A DNA stretch of 64,000 nucleotides from Patescibacteria group bacterium (GTDB lineage Bacteria > Patescibacteriota > Patescibacteriia > Magasanikbacterales > GWA2-37-8), in assembly GCA_041661385.1 (NCBI GenBank), contig JBAZUP010000001.1, positions 7,382-71,381 on the forward strand. The letters are read 5' to 3'. The position numbers were made by a program, and so were the translations under genes. Each line of letters opens with the position of its first letter. Within the stretch, counting starts at the first letter, position 1. This document shows, in pieces, positions 38,043 to 48,463 of the stretch. Under the pieces are notes generated by a model. The model ran no database searches and was not told the DNA's origin. It saw only the letters and a list, made by a program, of their open reading frames with translations.

Positions 38043-38627
38043 GTGAATTCCGAATCGCTGAACCAGCAGGTGTGGGTCGCCGTGACCAGACTCACCGCCC
38101 TTTTCAAGGGCGATCCAAACGGCGAGGAAGCTGTGAAGAATGCTTTGGCTCAGTTGCTCCGACTGGTGGATCCCTCGAAGCCCTACGGCACGGTGCTGTT
38201 TGACAGTCTCTCCAGGCTCACTTGGAGCATCGCCTTCGAGGGCGTTGCTCTCCGGTTGAATCCGAAGACCAAGAAGCCCGAGGTCTTCCTCAGGAAGCGT
38301 GCCGACGATGACACGGCCTATCCTGGGGAGTGGCATGCCCCCGGTTCGGCCTTCCGTCCCCGGGAGAAGCCAAACCTCGTCGCGAGGCGTCTCTCTCGTG
38401 AGTTCGGGTCCGAGATCATGGACTTCAAGCTGGTGGGGCAGTACTTCTCCAACGAGCAGAGAGGCGACTTCTTGTCGCTCATCTACCTCGTGAAGTTCGA
38501 CGGCGAGCCCCGCGTCGACAACCGGCACATCTGGTGTCCGGTCGACAAGCTGCCGGAGAATACGGTCAACATTCACCGGGATCACCTCATCCCGGCTGCG
38601 GTCGCTGCATATCGCTCGTCTCACTAG
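38043..38627 (+). CDS. Nudix hydrolase resembling GDP-mannose mannosyl hydrolase (Gmm/NudD/WcaH), encoded in GC-rich island 2
   Basis: ~60% GC with GC3 periodicity on the + strand. AGGAGA SD 6 nt before GTG 38043; the track's TTG is at 38004. Modified Nudix box GEWHAPGSAFRPREKPNLVARRLSREFG aligns position-by-position with the Gmm box [29 protein letters not shown]. Confidence 0.5.
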   Translation: MNSESLNQQVWVAVTRLTALFKGDPNGEEAVKNALAQLLRLVDPSKPYGTVLFDSLSRLTWSIAFEGVALRLNPKTKKPEVFLRKRADDDTAYPGEWHAPGSAFRPREKPNLVARRLSREFGSEIMDFKLVGQYFSNEQRGDFLSLIYLVKFDGEPRVDNRHIWCPVDKLPENTVNIHRDHLIPAAVAAYRSSH

Positions 38628-38647
38628 GCTATCGTTCTTTTCCGGCC

Positions 38648-38694
38648 AAAGCGCCCTATCCCATACTCTTCGGAGTTAATAGATAGGGCGCTTC
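38648..38694 (+). terminator. long-stem hairpin after the Nudix gene (putative terminator)
   Basis: aaagcgccctatc ...21 nt... gatagggcgctt, a 12-bp stem. No strong T-run. Confidence 0.4.
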
Positions 38695-38711
38695 TTTAAT
38701 TACCCCAAAGT

Positions 38712-38740
38712 TTGCATTTTTACCTTAAAATTGGTAAAAT
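38712..38740 (+). promoter_or_regulatory. sigma70-like promoter for rfbH (TTGCAT-17 nt-TAAAAT)
   Basis: TTGCAT at 38712-38717, TAAAAT at 38735-38740. Confidence 0.45.
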
Positions 38741-38777
38741 TATCGCCTAATCATCGCAGAAAAAGTGCTAAATAAGT

Positions 38778-40085
38778 ATGGAAGAATCGCTAAAAAATGA
38801 GCTATTAAAGGCCTATAAAGCCAAATTTATCCGAAAGCCGTTTGTGCCCGGTGAATCATCGGTTCCGGTATCCGGTAAGGTTTTTGACGAAGAGGAAATT
38901 ATCCTGGCCACCGAAGCGGTTTTAGACGGTTGGTGGACTGAAGGACGGTTTACAACCCTTTTTGAACACAAAATTTCCAAGTGGCTCGGGGTAAATTATG
39001 CATCACTAGTAAATTCAGGATCATCTGCTAATTTGGTTGCTCTCATCGCCTTAACTTCTATAAAATTAGGCGACAAAAGACTCAAACCCGGTGATGAAGT
39101 GATTACCGTCGCGGCGGGTTTCCCGAGTACCGTAACACCCATTATTCAAAACGGACTCACTCCGGTTTTTGTAGACGTTGATTTAGGTACATACAACATC
39201 AATATTGAGGCGATGAAAAAGGCTCTGTCGGTAAAAACCCGGGCGGTTATGGTCGCACATACGCTCGGTAATCCATTTGATTTGAAAGAAGTAAAAAGTT
39301 TTTGCGAAAAAAATGATTTATGGTTGATTGAAGATGATTGCGACGCACTTGGGGCAAAATTTAGTGGAAAACACACCGGCACGTTTGGTCATATTGCTAC
39401 CTGCAGTTTTTATCCTGCCCACCATATTACCATGGGGGAGGGTGGTGCGGTTTTTACCAATGACCCGAAGCTTTTTAAAATTATTGAATCAGTCCGTGAT
39501 TGGGGGCGCGATTGTTGGTGCGAACCCGGCAATGATAATACTTGCCAAAAACGCTTCGGCTGGAAATTGGGTGAATTACCGGAAGGGTACGACCACAAAT
39601 ATATTTATTCGGAAATCGGTTATAATTTAAAGCTTACCGATATGCAGGCGGCGATTGGTCTTGCTCAATTTGATAAACTGGACAGTTTTATTGCAAAACG
39701 AAAAGAAAATTTTAAAATTCTTTACGAAGGATTAAAAAAATACGGCCAATATTTTATTTTGCCGGAGTGGTTGTCGGAATCCGACCCAAGCTGGTTTGGT
39801 TTTTTGCTCACCGTAAAAAACAATGCGCCATTTAAACGCGGGGAAATTGTTAAATTCCTTCAGGACAAAAAAATTGCCACCAGATATCTTTTTGCCGGTA
39901 ATTTACTTCGTCAACCCTCTTTTGTAGACCGGAAGCCGGATTATCGTGTAGTTGGTAACCTGGAAAATACCGATATTATTATGAATAATACTTTTTGGAT
40001 TGGGGTTTACCCTGGTCTGACAGCGGAAATGCTAAATTATGTGGTTAGTTGTTTTTCAGTGTTTATAGAGCAATTAAAGGGTTAG
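38778..40085 (+). CDS. rfbH: CDP-6-deoxy-D-xylo-4-hexulose-3-dehydrase (E1, PMP-dependent, DegT family)
   Basis: 435 aa. Active-site His replaces the usual Lys ([14 protein letters not shown]). Fe-S cysteine cluster [14 protein letters not shown]-terminus like RfbH. Confidence 0.85.
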   Translation: MEESLKNELLKAYKAKFIRKPFVPGESSVPVSGKVFDEEEIILATEAVLDGWWTEGRFTTLFEHKISKWLGVNYASLVNSGSSANLVALIALTSIKLGDKRLKPGDEVITVAAGFPSTVTPIIQNGLTPVFVDVDLGTYNINIEAMKKALSVKTRAVMVAHTLGNPFDLKEVKSFCEKNDLWLIEDDCDALGAKFSGKHTGTFGHIATCSFYPAHHITMGEGGAVFTNDPKLFKIIESVRDWGRDCWCEPGNDNTCQKRFGWKLGELPEGYDHKYIYSEIGYNLKLTDMQAAIGLAQFDKLDSFIAKRKENFKILYEGLKKYGQYFILPEWLSESDPSWFGFLLTVKNNAPFKRGEIVKFLQDKKIATRYLFAGNLLRQPSFVDRKPDYRVVGNLENTDIIMNNTFWIGVYPGLTAEMLNYVVSCFSVFIEQLKG

Positions 40086-40089
40086 TAGA

Positions 40090-41613
40090 TTGTATATGTT
40101 ACAGGTTAATAAATTTTACATAATATATTCATTAAACTGGCTGACGTTGGCGGTTATTTCTGTTTTTCAATATCCAATGTTATTTAGTAAATCCTGTTTT
40201 TTTCAAAAGAATTGGTTATTTTGCGCTGAAAATGTTACAGGCAGTAGCAAGTTTATCGATATTTTTATAATCTCGATATTTTTTATAAATTTATTTTTAA
40301 GCGGTATATTTTGTTGGAAGGTTTTTAAGAAAGAATATATTATTAAAAATAATATAAAATATTTAATAATTGGCTTGTCTTTGCTGTTGCCGATTTTTAT
40401 ATTTCCTTTCGGATCTGGTGATATGACCCACTATTTTAGCTCGGGTAAAGCAGCATCAGGGGGGATAAATTTATATTCCAGCCAGTGGAATTGGGAAAAG
40501 GATTATAACAATTCGCAAGTAGTTGAAATTTTGGCCGGGTATTCATACGGGCCAATTGTTTTGGATATATTAAATATATTTTATAAATTAAGTAATAATA
40601 AAATATATACATTCATATTGTTTTGGAAAATATTTATGGTCGGTGTAGTTGCGCTTTGCGGGTATTTAATAAAATATATAATAAAAATGATTGTCCCAAG
40701 CGCAAGCTTAAATAATTTTTATATTTTTTGGTTCACCCAACCAATTTTTTTATTTGAATGTTTGGTCGATGGTCATTTTGATATTTTGTGGCTTGTATTT
40801 CTTTTGTTAGCTATTATTTTTGCTCACCATAATAAATGGTGGTTAGTTTTTCCGCTTTTGGCAATAGGGGTTTGGATTAAATTTATACCAATTTTAGTTG
40901 CTCCCTGGTTTTTATTGTGGTGGTGGCAAAAAACAAACCGACTAAATTGGAAAAGCAACACAGTGAATTTGTTTGTTGGTTCAATTTTGACGATTTTATT
41001 AACAATCGGTGTTTGGTATAAATACTGGGTAGGATTTAGTGTTTTTAATTTTATTATATTGCAATCTAAGTGGGCTATTTCAAGTATATTTTCAGTAGTT
41101 TATTATAGTTTCCTGCCATTCTTCAAAAATATTTTTGGTACCAATTACCATTGGTATTTAACTCGGTTTGCCCACGCAGTTGTACTTGTTGCGTTTATAT
41201 ATTTATTAGTTCCTTTAATAAAAAATATTTTTAAAATATTTTTAAAAAAACAAACTTTTTCAACTTCACAATATATCGTTTCAATTTTTATAAGTTTATT
41301 TTCATATTTAGTAATCTGGCAAAAATCTATTTGGCCTTGGTATTTTGTATGGATTTTGCCGCTTGGTTTAATTGTTTATTTTATCAGTAGAAATTTATAT
41401 TTAGAAAAATTATTAATTTGGCTTGGAACGGCACCCCTAATTTCCTACATCGTTTGGTTTATAAATTGGCAATTAATTCATACAGACGCTTTTGGTGAAT
41501 ATTGGTATTTCTGTTTTACCGTTTTTTTTGTAACTGGGTATCCATTGTATAATTTTATTAAATGGCGTAAGCAAGGGTATTCAGATGTTTTAGATAATGT
41601 TAATAATATATGA
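40090..41613 (+). CDS. polytopic membrane protein, putative GT-C glycosyltransferase or Wzy-like polymerase
   Basis: 507 aa, >12 hydrophobic segments, Trp/Tyr-rich loops. No soluble domain. Confidence 0.4.
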   Translation: MYMLQVNKFYIIYSLNWLTLAVISVFQYPMLFSKSCFFQKNWLFCAENVTGSSKFIDIFIISIFFINLFLSGIFCWKVFKKEYIIKNNIKYLIIGLSLLLPIFIFPFGSGDMTHYFSSGKAASGGINLYSSQWNWEKDYNNSQVVEILAGYSYGPIVLDILNIFYKLSNNKIYTFILFWKIFMVGVVALCGYLIKYIIKMIVPSASLNNFYIFWFTQPIFLFECLVDGHFDILWLVFLLLAIIFAHHNKWWLVFPLLAIGVWIKFIPILVAPWFLLWWWQKTNRLNWKSNTVNLFVGSILTILLTIGVWYKYWVGFSVFNFIILQSKWAISSIFSVVYYSFLPFFKNIFGTNYHWYLTRFAHAVVLVAFIYLLVPLIKNIFKIFLKKQTFSTSQYIVSIFISLFSYLVIWQKSIWPWYFVWILPLGLIVYFISRNLYLEKLLIWLGTAPLISYIVWFINWQLIHTDAFGEYWYFCFTVFFVTGYPLYNFIKWRKQGYSDVLDNVNNI

Positions 41614-42635
41614 AAAAAGCGCTAATCACCGGTATTACCGGACAAGACGGATCATATTTGGCGGAATTTCTTTTGTCAAAAGGTTACGAAGTCCATGGAA
41701 TTATCCGCCGTTCCAGCAGTTTTAATACGGGCCGGATTGACGGAATATTTCAGGATCCGCACGCCGAGCGGCCAAAAATGATTTTGCACTATGGCGATTT
41801 GACAGACGGCAGTAATTTGAACCGCATTCTCGAAAAGGTAAAGCCCGATGAGATATATAATCTGGGCGCACAGAGTCATGTGTTGGTCAGTTTTGAAATG
41901 CCGGAGTATACCGGAGAGGTGGATGGGTTAGGTACGCTGCGACTACTCGATGCAGTAAGAGAAACCGGTCTCAAGGTTAAATTTTATCAGGCCGGATCTT
42001 CGGAAATGTTTGGTAAGGTTTTGGAAACTCCTCAAAAAGAAACCACGCCCTTTTATCCGCGCAGCCCTTATGGCTGTGCCAAAGCCTACGCTCATTATTT
42101 GGCGGTTAATTATCGCGAGGCATACAACATGTTTATTTGTAACGGTATCTTATTCAATCACGAATCTCCCCGCCGCGGTGGAACTTTTGTCACCAAGAAA
42201 ACTGTAGCTGCCCTCGCAAAAATAAAAGCCGGCAAGCAGGACAAGCTTTACCTAGGAAATTTGGAGTCCAAACGCGATTGGGGTTATGCGAAGGAATATG
42301 TTGAAGCGATGTGGGCCATGCTTCAGCATACCAAGCCGGCTGATTATGTAATTGCGACCGGCGAAACCCACAGTGTGCGGGAGTTGGCAGAAATTGCGGC
42401 AAAATATTTTGGTTTCGAATTGGTCTGGAAAGGTGAAGGACTGAACGAAAAGGGGGTTGATAAAAAAACCGGTAAAACAATCATTGAAATTGACCCGCAT
42501 TATTTCCGTCCCACCGAAGTCGATTATTTGATTGGTGATGCTTCAAAAGCAAAGAAAGAATTAGGCTGGGAAGCCAAAGTTAAATTTAAAGAGTTAATAG
42601 AAATAATGTGCAGGGAAGAAATGGAAAAAGTATGA
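41610..42635 (+). CDS. gmd: GDP-mannose 4,6-dehydratase
   Basis: [46 protein letters not shown], near-canonical GMD N-terminus. 341 aa. Confidence 0.95.
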   Translation: MKKALITGITGQDGSYLAEFLLSKGYEVHGIIRRSSSFNTGRIDGIFQDPHAERPKMILHYGDLTDGSNLNRILEKVKPDEIYNLGAQSHVLVSFEMPEYTGEVDGLGTLRLLDAVRETGLKVKFYQAGSSEMFGKVLETPQKETTPFYPRSPYGCAKAYAHYLAVNYREAYNMFICNGILFNHESPRRGGTFVTKKTVAALAKIKAGKQDKLYLGNLESKRDWGYAKEYVEAMWAMLQHTKPADYVIATGETHSVRELAEIAAKYFGFELVWKGEGLNEKGVDKKTGKTIIEIDPHYFRPTEVDYLIGDASKAKKELGWEAKVKFKELIEIMCREEMEKV

Positions 42636-43798
42636 TCAAACTTATCAAATCAACCTTTTTTCACGAATCAGAAGTGAAAGAAAAATTGGTAGATTTTATC
42701 CGCAGCGCCGATGTGTTGAGCATGGGTGCGAATTGTTTTTTGTTTGAAAAACAATTTTCAGCGAAGCAACAGCGCCGTAACGCGGTTTTCGTGAGTAGTG
42801 GCAGTATGGCCAATCTGGTCTTGGTTCAGGCTTTACTTAATCTAGGCCGACTGAAAAAAGGGGACAGGGTGGGAGTTTCGGCGCTTACCTGGTCGACCAA
42901 CGTTATGCCTATTATTCAGCTTGGACTTGAACCGGTAATTTTGGATGTTGAACTAAACAACTTAAATACTTCCTTAAAGATTTTGAAGGAGACCCATAAA
43001 AAAACTAAACTCAAAGCTCTATTTTTAACTAATGCGCTTGGTTTTTCTGCCGACATTGATTCAATTAAGGAATTTTGCAATCAGGAAAAAATTATATTTT
43101 TGGAAGATAATTGTGAAGCACTCGGCTCAAAGGTAGATGGTAAATTGTTGGGTAATTTTGGTTTAGCTTCAACTTTTTCCAGTTTTGTTGGCCATCATTT
43201 TTCCACCATTGAAGGAGGTATGATTTGTACCGACGACGATGAATTGCACCAAATGTTGCTTATGGTTCGGGCGCACGGCTGGGACCGTAATTTAAACGAA
43301 GAACAACAAACAAAGTTAAGGAATGCGAATAAAGTCGACGATTTCTACGCCCGTTATACATTTTATGACTTGGCGTACAATGCGCGGCCGACCGAAATTC
43401 AAGGGTTTATCGGTCAAAGTCAGCTTGTTTATTGGGATGAAATTGTTTCAAAACGGGAGTCGAATTTTAAAAGTTTTACCGGAGCGGTAAAAAATAATAA
43501 AGATATTATTCCGTTGGAAATTTCTCACCTGGATTTAGTTTCAAATTTCGCCATGCCGCTGGTATTTAAAACCAATAAATTATTTTTAGAGTATAAAGAC
43601 AAATTTATTAAGTCAAATGTTGAAATCCGGCCAATCATCGCCGGCAATATCAGCAACCAGCCATTTTTTAAGAAATATATTAAACAAAGTTTTTCTTGTC
43701 CTAACGCCGAATATATTCACAAAAATGGCTTTTATTTTGGCAACAACCCGGAGATGACTGAAGCGGAAATGAGCGAGCTTTGTGGTTTAATCAGATAA
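42632..43798 (+). CDS. colD: GDP-4-keto-6-deoxy-D-mannose 3-dehydratase (ColD-like, DegT family with His in place of PLP-Lys)
   Basis: 388 aa, ATGA overlap with gmd. Active-site region [15 protein letters not shown] has His-His where aminotransferases have Lys. Confidence 0.7.
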   Translation: MIKLIKSTFFHESEVKEKLVDFIRSADVLSMGANCFLFEKQFSAKQQRRNAVFVSSGSMANLVLVQALLNLGRLKKGDRVGVSALTWSTNVMPIIQLGLEPVILDVELNNLNTSLKILKETHKKTKLKALFLTNALGFSADIDSIKEFCNQEKIIFLEDNCEALGSKVDGKLLGNFGLASTFSSFVGHHFSTIEGGMICTDDDELHQMLLMVRAHGWDRNLNEEQQTKLRNANKVDDFYARYTFYDLAYNARPTEIQGFIGQSQLVYWDEIVSKRESNFKSFTGAVKNNKDIIPLEISHLDLVSNFAMPLVFKTNKLFLEYKDKFIKSNVEIRPIIAGNISNQPFFKKYIKQSFSCPNAEYIHKNGFYFGNNPEMTEAEMSELCGLIR

Positions 43799-43801
43799 CA
43801 T

Positions 43802-44749
43802 ATGGAAAAAAGTTCTAAAATTTATATTGCCGGACATCGAGGCATGGTGGGCTCAGCGATTGTCCGGAAGCTGCAAGTGGCCGGTTATACTAATTTAGTT
43901 TTAAAAACTCACCAGGAATTGGATTTACTGAATCAAACTGAAGTAAGAAAGTTTTTTGAAAAAGAAAAACCGGAATATGTGGTTGTGGCGGCGGCCCGGG
44001 TCGGCGGAATTGCAGCGAATATGGAAAAGCCGGCTGAATTTTTGTTTGAAAATCTGCAGATTCAAAATAATATTATCTGGTCAGCCCACGAAGCTGTAGT
44101 AACAAAATTATTATTTTTGGGTAGTAGTTGTATCTATCCGCGGGAATGCTTTCAGCCAATGAAGGAAGAGTACTTTATGACCGGCCCAGTTGAGCCCACC
44201 AACGAAGGGTATGCAATAGCCAAAATCGCCGGTATCGAATTGTGTCGTTCTATTTCGGCCGAGTTTAATCAGGATTTTATTTCTTGTCTACCAACCAATA
44301 TTTATGGCGAGAATGACAATTTTGATCCCGAATCTTCTCACGTTGTACCCGCCTTAATTAGAAAGATTCATGACGCGAAAGTTAATCAGCAGAATGAATT
44401 GGTTGTTTGGGGCACGGGTAAGGCAAGGAGAGAGTTTATGCACGTAGACGATTTAGCGGAGGCTTGCCTATTTTTGCTGGAAAATTTTTCTGCCAGAAAT
44501 CAGAAAGTGCCGTTTGTTAATATTGGTACCGGTGAGGATGTTTCTATAAAAGAACTTGTAGAAAAACTGTCAAAAGTTATTGGTTATGAAGGTAAAATAA
44601 TGTGGGATCATAGTAAACCCGATGGTATGCCGAGAAAACTACTTGAGGTTAGCAAGCTTAGTAAGCTTGGTTGGAAGTATAAAACCAATCTTGATGATGG
44701 ACTGTCGTTGATATATCAATGGTATTTAGAAAATATTTATGGAAAATAA
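43802..44749 (+). CDS. fcl: GDP-L-fucose synthase family (GDP-L-colitose synthase ColC candidate)
   Basis: IYIAGHRGMVGSAIVRKL N-terminus. 315 aa GDP-fucose-synthetase fold. Confidence 0.85.
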   Translation: MEKSSKIYIAGHRGMVGSAIVRKLQVAGYTNLVLKTHQELDLLNQTEVRKFFEKEKPEYVVVAAARVGGIAANMEKPAEFLFENLQIQNNIIWSAHEAVVTKLLFLGSSCIYPRECFQPMKEEYFMTGPVEPTNEGYAIAKIAGIELCRSISAEFNQDFISCLPTNIYGENDNFDPESSHVVPALIRKIHDAKVNQQNELVVWGTGKARREFMHVDDLAEACLFLLENFSARNQKVPFVNIGTGEDVSIKELVEKLSKVIGYEGKIMWDHSKPDGMPRKLLEVSKLSKLGWKYKTNLDDGLSLIYQWYLENIYGK

Positions 44750-45521
44750 ACCGTTAGTATCAGTAATAACTACCAGTTTTAATTCAGAAAAAACAATCAG
44801 ACAAACGATTGAGTCGGTTTTGCATCAAACTTATTCCAACATTGAGTATATTATTATTGATGGAAAATCATCGGATCATACAATTGATATTGTCAGGGAG
44901 TACGAGCCAAAGTTTAACGGCCGGATGAGAGTGATATCAGAGAAAGATGATGGAATATATTTTGCATTAAATAAGGGTTTGGGAGTAGCTAAAGGAGAAT
45001 TAGTAAGTTTCGCAAATAGTGATGATTGGTACGAACTAAATGCTGTAGAACAAGCCGTCCGGGTTCACCAAAAGGACCCCGAGGCATTTATCTACGGAAT
45101 TTTAAGATATATTCAAGATGGAAAAGTGTTACAAATATCTACTGGTAGTCATGAATTTTTACCTGGCGCGCTTATACCATATCCGACCTGGTTTGTGCCG
45201 ATGTATTTGTTTAAAAAGCACGGTCTTTTTGAAACTAAATATCGGATCGGTTCAGATGTTGATTTGGTTTTAAGATATTTTAAAAACGGCGTTAAATTTT
45301 ATCGCATTGATTCAATTTTATCAAACTTTAGAACCGGAGGAGAGTCTGACAAACATGTTAACTTATCACGAATTGAGGTTTTAAAATCAATGTGTGAATT
45401 AGGTTATATTTCTAAGAATAAATTATTGTACAACGTGACTTTATTAAAATTAACCACAATTAAAGAAAGAATGTTTAATAAAATCCGGTCATTTGTTGTT
45501 AAAATTGTTAAATATGATTAA
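44739..45521 (+). CDS. glycosyltransferase family 2
   Basis: LVSVITTSFNSEKTIRQTIESVLHQTY and DGKSSD/DxD motifs. Confidence 0.8.
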   Translation: MENKPLVSVITTSFNSEKTIRQTIESVLHQTYSNIEYIIIDGKSSDHTIDIVREYEPKFNGRMRVISEKDDGIYFALNKGLGVAKGELVSFANSDDWYELNAVEQAVRVHQKDPEAFIYGILRYIQDGKVLQISTGSHEFLPGALIPYPTWFVPMYLFKKHGLFETKYRIGSDVDLVLRYFKNGVKFYRIDSILSNFRTGGESDKHVNLSRIEVLKSMCELGYISKNKLLYNVTLLKLTTIKERMFNKIRSFVVKIVKYD

Positions 45522-45526
45522 GAAAT

Positions 45527-46825
45527 ATGAATATTTTTTCAGATATTAAAGATTTTTTAAAAACCAGAACCCTTCGAGAGAGTAGCTATGTTTTTGTTGG
45601 TTCGGCAATTAATGGTGTTTCACTGTTTGCTATTAATGTTTTTTTGGGGAACAGATTCTCCAAGGAATGGTTTGGTACGTTTTCACTCATTATTGTTGTT
45701 TTGGCTGTAGTTTCAGAATTATCAGATTTTGGTTTAAATGGGGGGATGATGAGGTTTGCTCCTTACTATATAGGTTCGGGGGAAAATGATAAATTTTTAA
45801 AATTAGTTAAGGTTGTTTGGGGGTGGCGTGTAAAAATTTCTTCAGTATTAACAATTGGCGGCATAATTTTTGCTTATCCGCTATCTCGATATGTTATTGG
45901 CCAGCCACAGATCGCAAGTTATTTAGCCTTTTCCTTTTTGGGTATCGGCGGCGTAATTTTACTTGGTTTCATTAGTTCATATTTACAAGTGCAGCAAAAA
46001 TTTTTACTCAATTCCTTTTTGCAAGTATTAAAAGGTGTTGGCAAGCTGGTCTTAATAGCTTGTTTAATGTTTTTCGGTTTTAGCAATCTCTATCCGTATA
46101 TATCTATTTATATAATAGTTCCTTGGTTTTTAGTTTTTTCTTTCTTTATTTTGAAACCTGACAGTTTTTTAAAAATACACACTACCAAAGAAGAAAAATC
46201 AGAGATAAATATTCGACTCGGTAAATTCGGCTTTTGGCTTGCTTTGAATTCCGTTTTTATGATTATTGCTGGCAAGGTTGATCAGATTATGGTAAGTCGG
46301 ATTTTAGATCTAGAAAAGCTTGCCACCTTCTCCATTGCAATGCAATTTTTATATTTTTATAGTTTAGTTCTTGGCTCAATAAGTTCAGTTATAACTCCCA
46401 AGATTAACTCCTTAAGGAATAAACTAGAATTGATAAGTTATATTAAAAAAAGTTATCGTATTTTAATTCCGGTATTTATTGTTGCGCTGTTTTTGATATT
46501 TCCTACAAAATACTTGATAATTTTATTTTTTGGACAAAAATATTTAGACGCGATTCCAATATATCTAATTTTAAGCTACAGCACACTCTCGAGCTTAATT
46601 TTTTTACCATTTAGCTTGGTACTGCTCGCTTATTCCAAGACAAAATTAATTGCTTTGTCCGGCTTTTTGCAGTTTATAATAAATTTGGCATTGAATTGGT
46701 TTTTTATTCGAACTTTTGGCCTGGTGGGTGCCGCCATATCATATGGTATATCTGTAATATTATTTAACTTGTATAACGTATTTTGGTCTTTATATTTGTT
46801 AAAATACAGAGAAATTATTGTTTAA
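45527..46825 (+). CDS. wzx: Wzx-like oligosaccharide flippase (MOP superfamily polysaccharide biosynthesis protein)
   Basis: 432 aa, ~12 TM. Architecture of polysaccharide biosynthesis protein/Wzx. Confidence 0.7.
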   Translation: MNIFSDIKDFLKTRTLRESSYVFVGSAINGVSLFAINVFLGNRFSKEWFGTFSLIIVVLAVVSELSDFGLNGGMMRFAPYYIGSGENDKFLKLVKVVWGWRVKISSVLTIGGIIFAYPLSRYVIGQPQIASYLAFSFLGIGGVILLGFISSYLQVQQKFLLNSFLQVLKGVGKLVLIACLMFFGFSNLYPYISIYIIVPWFLVFSFFILKPDSFLKIHTTKEEKSEINIRLGKFGFWLALNSVFMIIAGKVDQIMVSRILDLEKLATFSIAMQFLYFYSLVLGSISSVITPKINSLRNKLELISYIKKSYRILIPVFIVALFLIFPTKYLIILFFGQKYLDAIPIYLILSYSTLSSLIFLPFSLVLLAYSKTKLIALSGFLQFIINLALNWFFIRTFGLVGAAISYGISVILFNLYNVFWSLYLLKYREIIV

Positions 46826-46837
46826 TAGTATAAATTT

Positions 46838-47620
46838 ATGCCGGCTGTTACCGCGCACTGCATAATCAAAAATGAAGAAGATTTCGTCGGGTATGCCATC
46901 CGGTCTATTATTAATTTTGTGGATTTGGTTATTGTTTTTGATACTGGCTCGACCGACAAAACAGTACAAATTGTTCAAAATCTGATGAGGGAATATCCAA
47001 ATAAAATATTATTTGAAGAAAAAGGACTGTGTAATAAAAAACGTCATACCGAACTTCGCCAAGAAATGTTGAACAAAACTATCACCGATTGGTTTATGAT
47101 CTTGGACGGGGATGAGGTTTGGACCAATCAAGGTATGGAAGAAGCTTTGGGTCTCGTTAAGGGTGGCAAGGTTGACTACATTCAAAGTAATTTTTATGAA
47201 TGTGTTGGGGACATATTTCACACTCATCGTAAACCAGGCTATAAAACGGTGCGTTTTTTTAAAAGTGAAAATATCAAATGGCAGGGGGACTATTGCGGGG
47301 ATTTGGTAGTTTCAAAAGTAAGCAATCATCCTGTGGATATAGCTAAAACGGCTGTCTTATTAACTAATAAATTTTGGCATTTAACTCACCTAAGGCGGTC
47401 ATTTTGTGGAAATGATGATTATAGTTCCGGGGGCAGTAGGAAAGAAAAAAGAAGATTGACATATTTTATAATTGGTAGGAAAATCATAGAGCCGATTCCA
47501 GAAGTTTTTTCCAAAAATTCCGCAAATTTTAGAATGTCTTGGTCGGATTCGTTTATTAATTTTTTTAAATTAGTATTGTTTAAAAATAAATATTATATTT
47601 GGGTTAAAAAATCCGGTTAA
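46838..47620 (+). CDS. GT2-like glycosyltransferase
   Basis: N-terminal IIKNEEDFVGYAIRSI...VFDTGSTDKT and LDGDE (DxD). Confidence 0.55.
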   Translation: MPAVTAHCIIKNEEDFVGYAIRSIINFVDLVIVFDTGSTDKTVQIVQNLMREYPNKILFEEKGLCNKKRHTELRQEMLNKTITDWFMILDGDEVWTNQGMEEALGLVKGGKVDYIQSNFYECVGDIFHTHRKPGYKTVRFFKSENIKWQGDYCGDLVVSKVSNHPVDIAKTAVLLTNKFWHLTHLRRSFCGNDDYSSGGSRKEKRRLTYFIIGRKIIEPIPEVFSKNSANFRMSWSDSFINFFKLVLFKNKYYIWVKKSG

Positions 47621-47692
47621 AGAGGGCAGTTTGTTGCTAAACCGCGTTTGCAGTAGTATAATTATGAATTATTTAGTATTAATATTATAACT

Positions 47693-48433
47693 ATGGAAAA
47701 AATAAAAAATAAAGTTATGAAGTGGCTTGGTACCAACCCGACCATATTTTCTCTCAGAAAAAAAGTTGGAGAAATTTTGGTTGAGTATTATGGGACAAAG
47801 AATGGATTTATATCTTTTTTTGATGATCCGCTCAGTAACAAAGGTCTTATTTTGGTAAGGCAAGTTAGAAAAGAAACTGAGTCTAGTATGAAAGATCAAG
47901 AAGCGCTTTTTATATACACCACAGTTGTAAAAACCGAAAAAATTCCTGGGGACGTTGCCGAAGTCGGGGTCTATAAAGGCGGTTCAATTAAACTCATTTG
48001 TGAAGCCACAAAAAAGCCAATACACGCATTTGATACTTTTGAGGGTTTGCCGGATTTATCCGAGCACGATAATCCGCAACAATTCCATAGGGGTGACTTT
48101 TCTTTTTCATTAGAAAGTGTTAAAAAATATCTAAAAGATTACACAAATATTTCTTTTTATAAGGGGCTTTTTCCTTTTACTGCCGAACCTGTAAAAAACA
48201 AAATGTTTTCGTTTGTTCATTTTGATGTGGATATTTATGAATCCACTTTGGAGTGCCTGAAATTTTTTTACCCTAGGATGAATAAGGGAGGTGCTATTAT
48301 AAGTCATGATTATTTTGGTGCACCCGGTGTAACAAAAGCATTCGATGAGTTTTTTGCGGATAAGCCAGAAATAATAATTACACCATTTGGCACGGGTCGT
48401 GCCACTGGTCAGTGTCTAGTTATTAAAGTGTAA
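47693..48433 (+). CDS. TylF/MycF-family sugar O-methyltransferase (class I SAM-dependent)
   Basis: AEVGVYKGGS SAM-binding motif and HFDVDIYEST typical of macrocin-O-methyltransferase-like proteins. Confidence 0.6.
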   Translation: MEKIKNKVMKWLGTNPTIFSLRKKVGEILVEYYGTKNGFISFFDDPLSNKGLILVRQVRKETESSMKDQEALFIYTTVVKTEKIPGDVAEVGVYKGGSIKLICEATKKPIHAFDTFEGLPDLSEHDNPQQFHRGDFSFSLESVKKYLKDYTNISFYKGLFPFTAEPVKNKMFSFVHFDVDIYESTLECLKFFYPRMNKGGAIISHDYFGAPGVTKAFDEFFADKPEIIITPFGTGRATGQCLVIKV

Positions 48434-48463
48434 TATTGCATACTTATTACTTAAATTAATAGA

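Noticed and set aside
37977-38624. 215-aa minus-strand ORF overlapping the Nudix gene, and the 64-aa internal + ORF 38299-38493
   Set aside because: High-GC DNA gives long stop-free frames on every strand. GC3 periodicity and the SD/start context support only the + strand frame 38043-38627.
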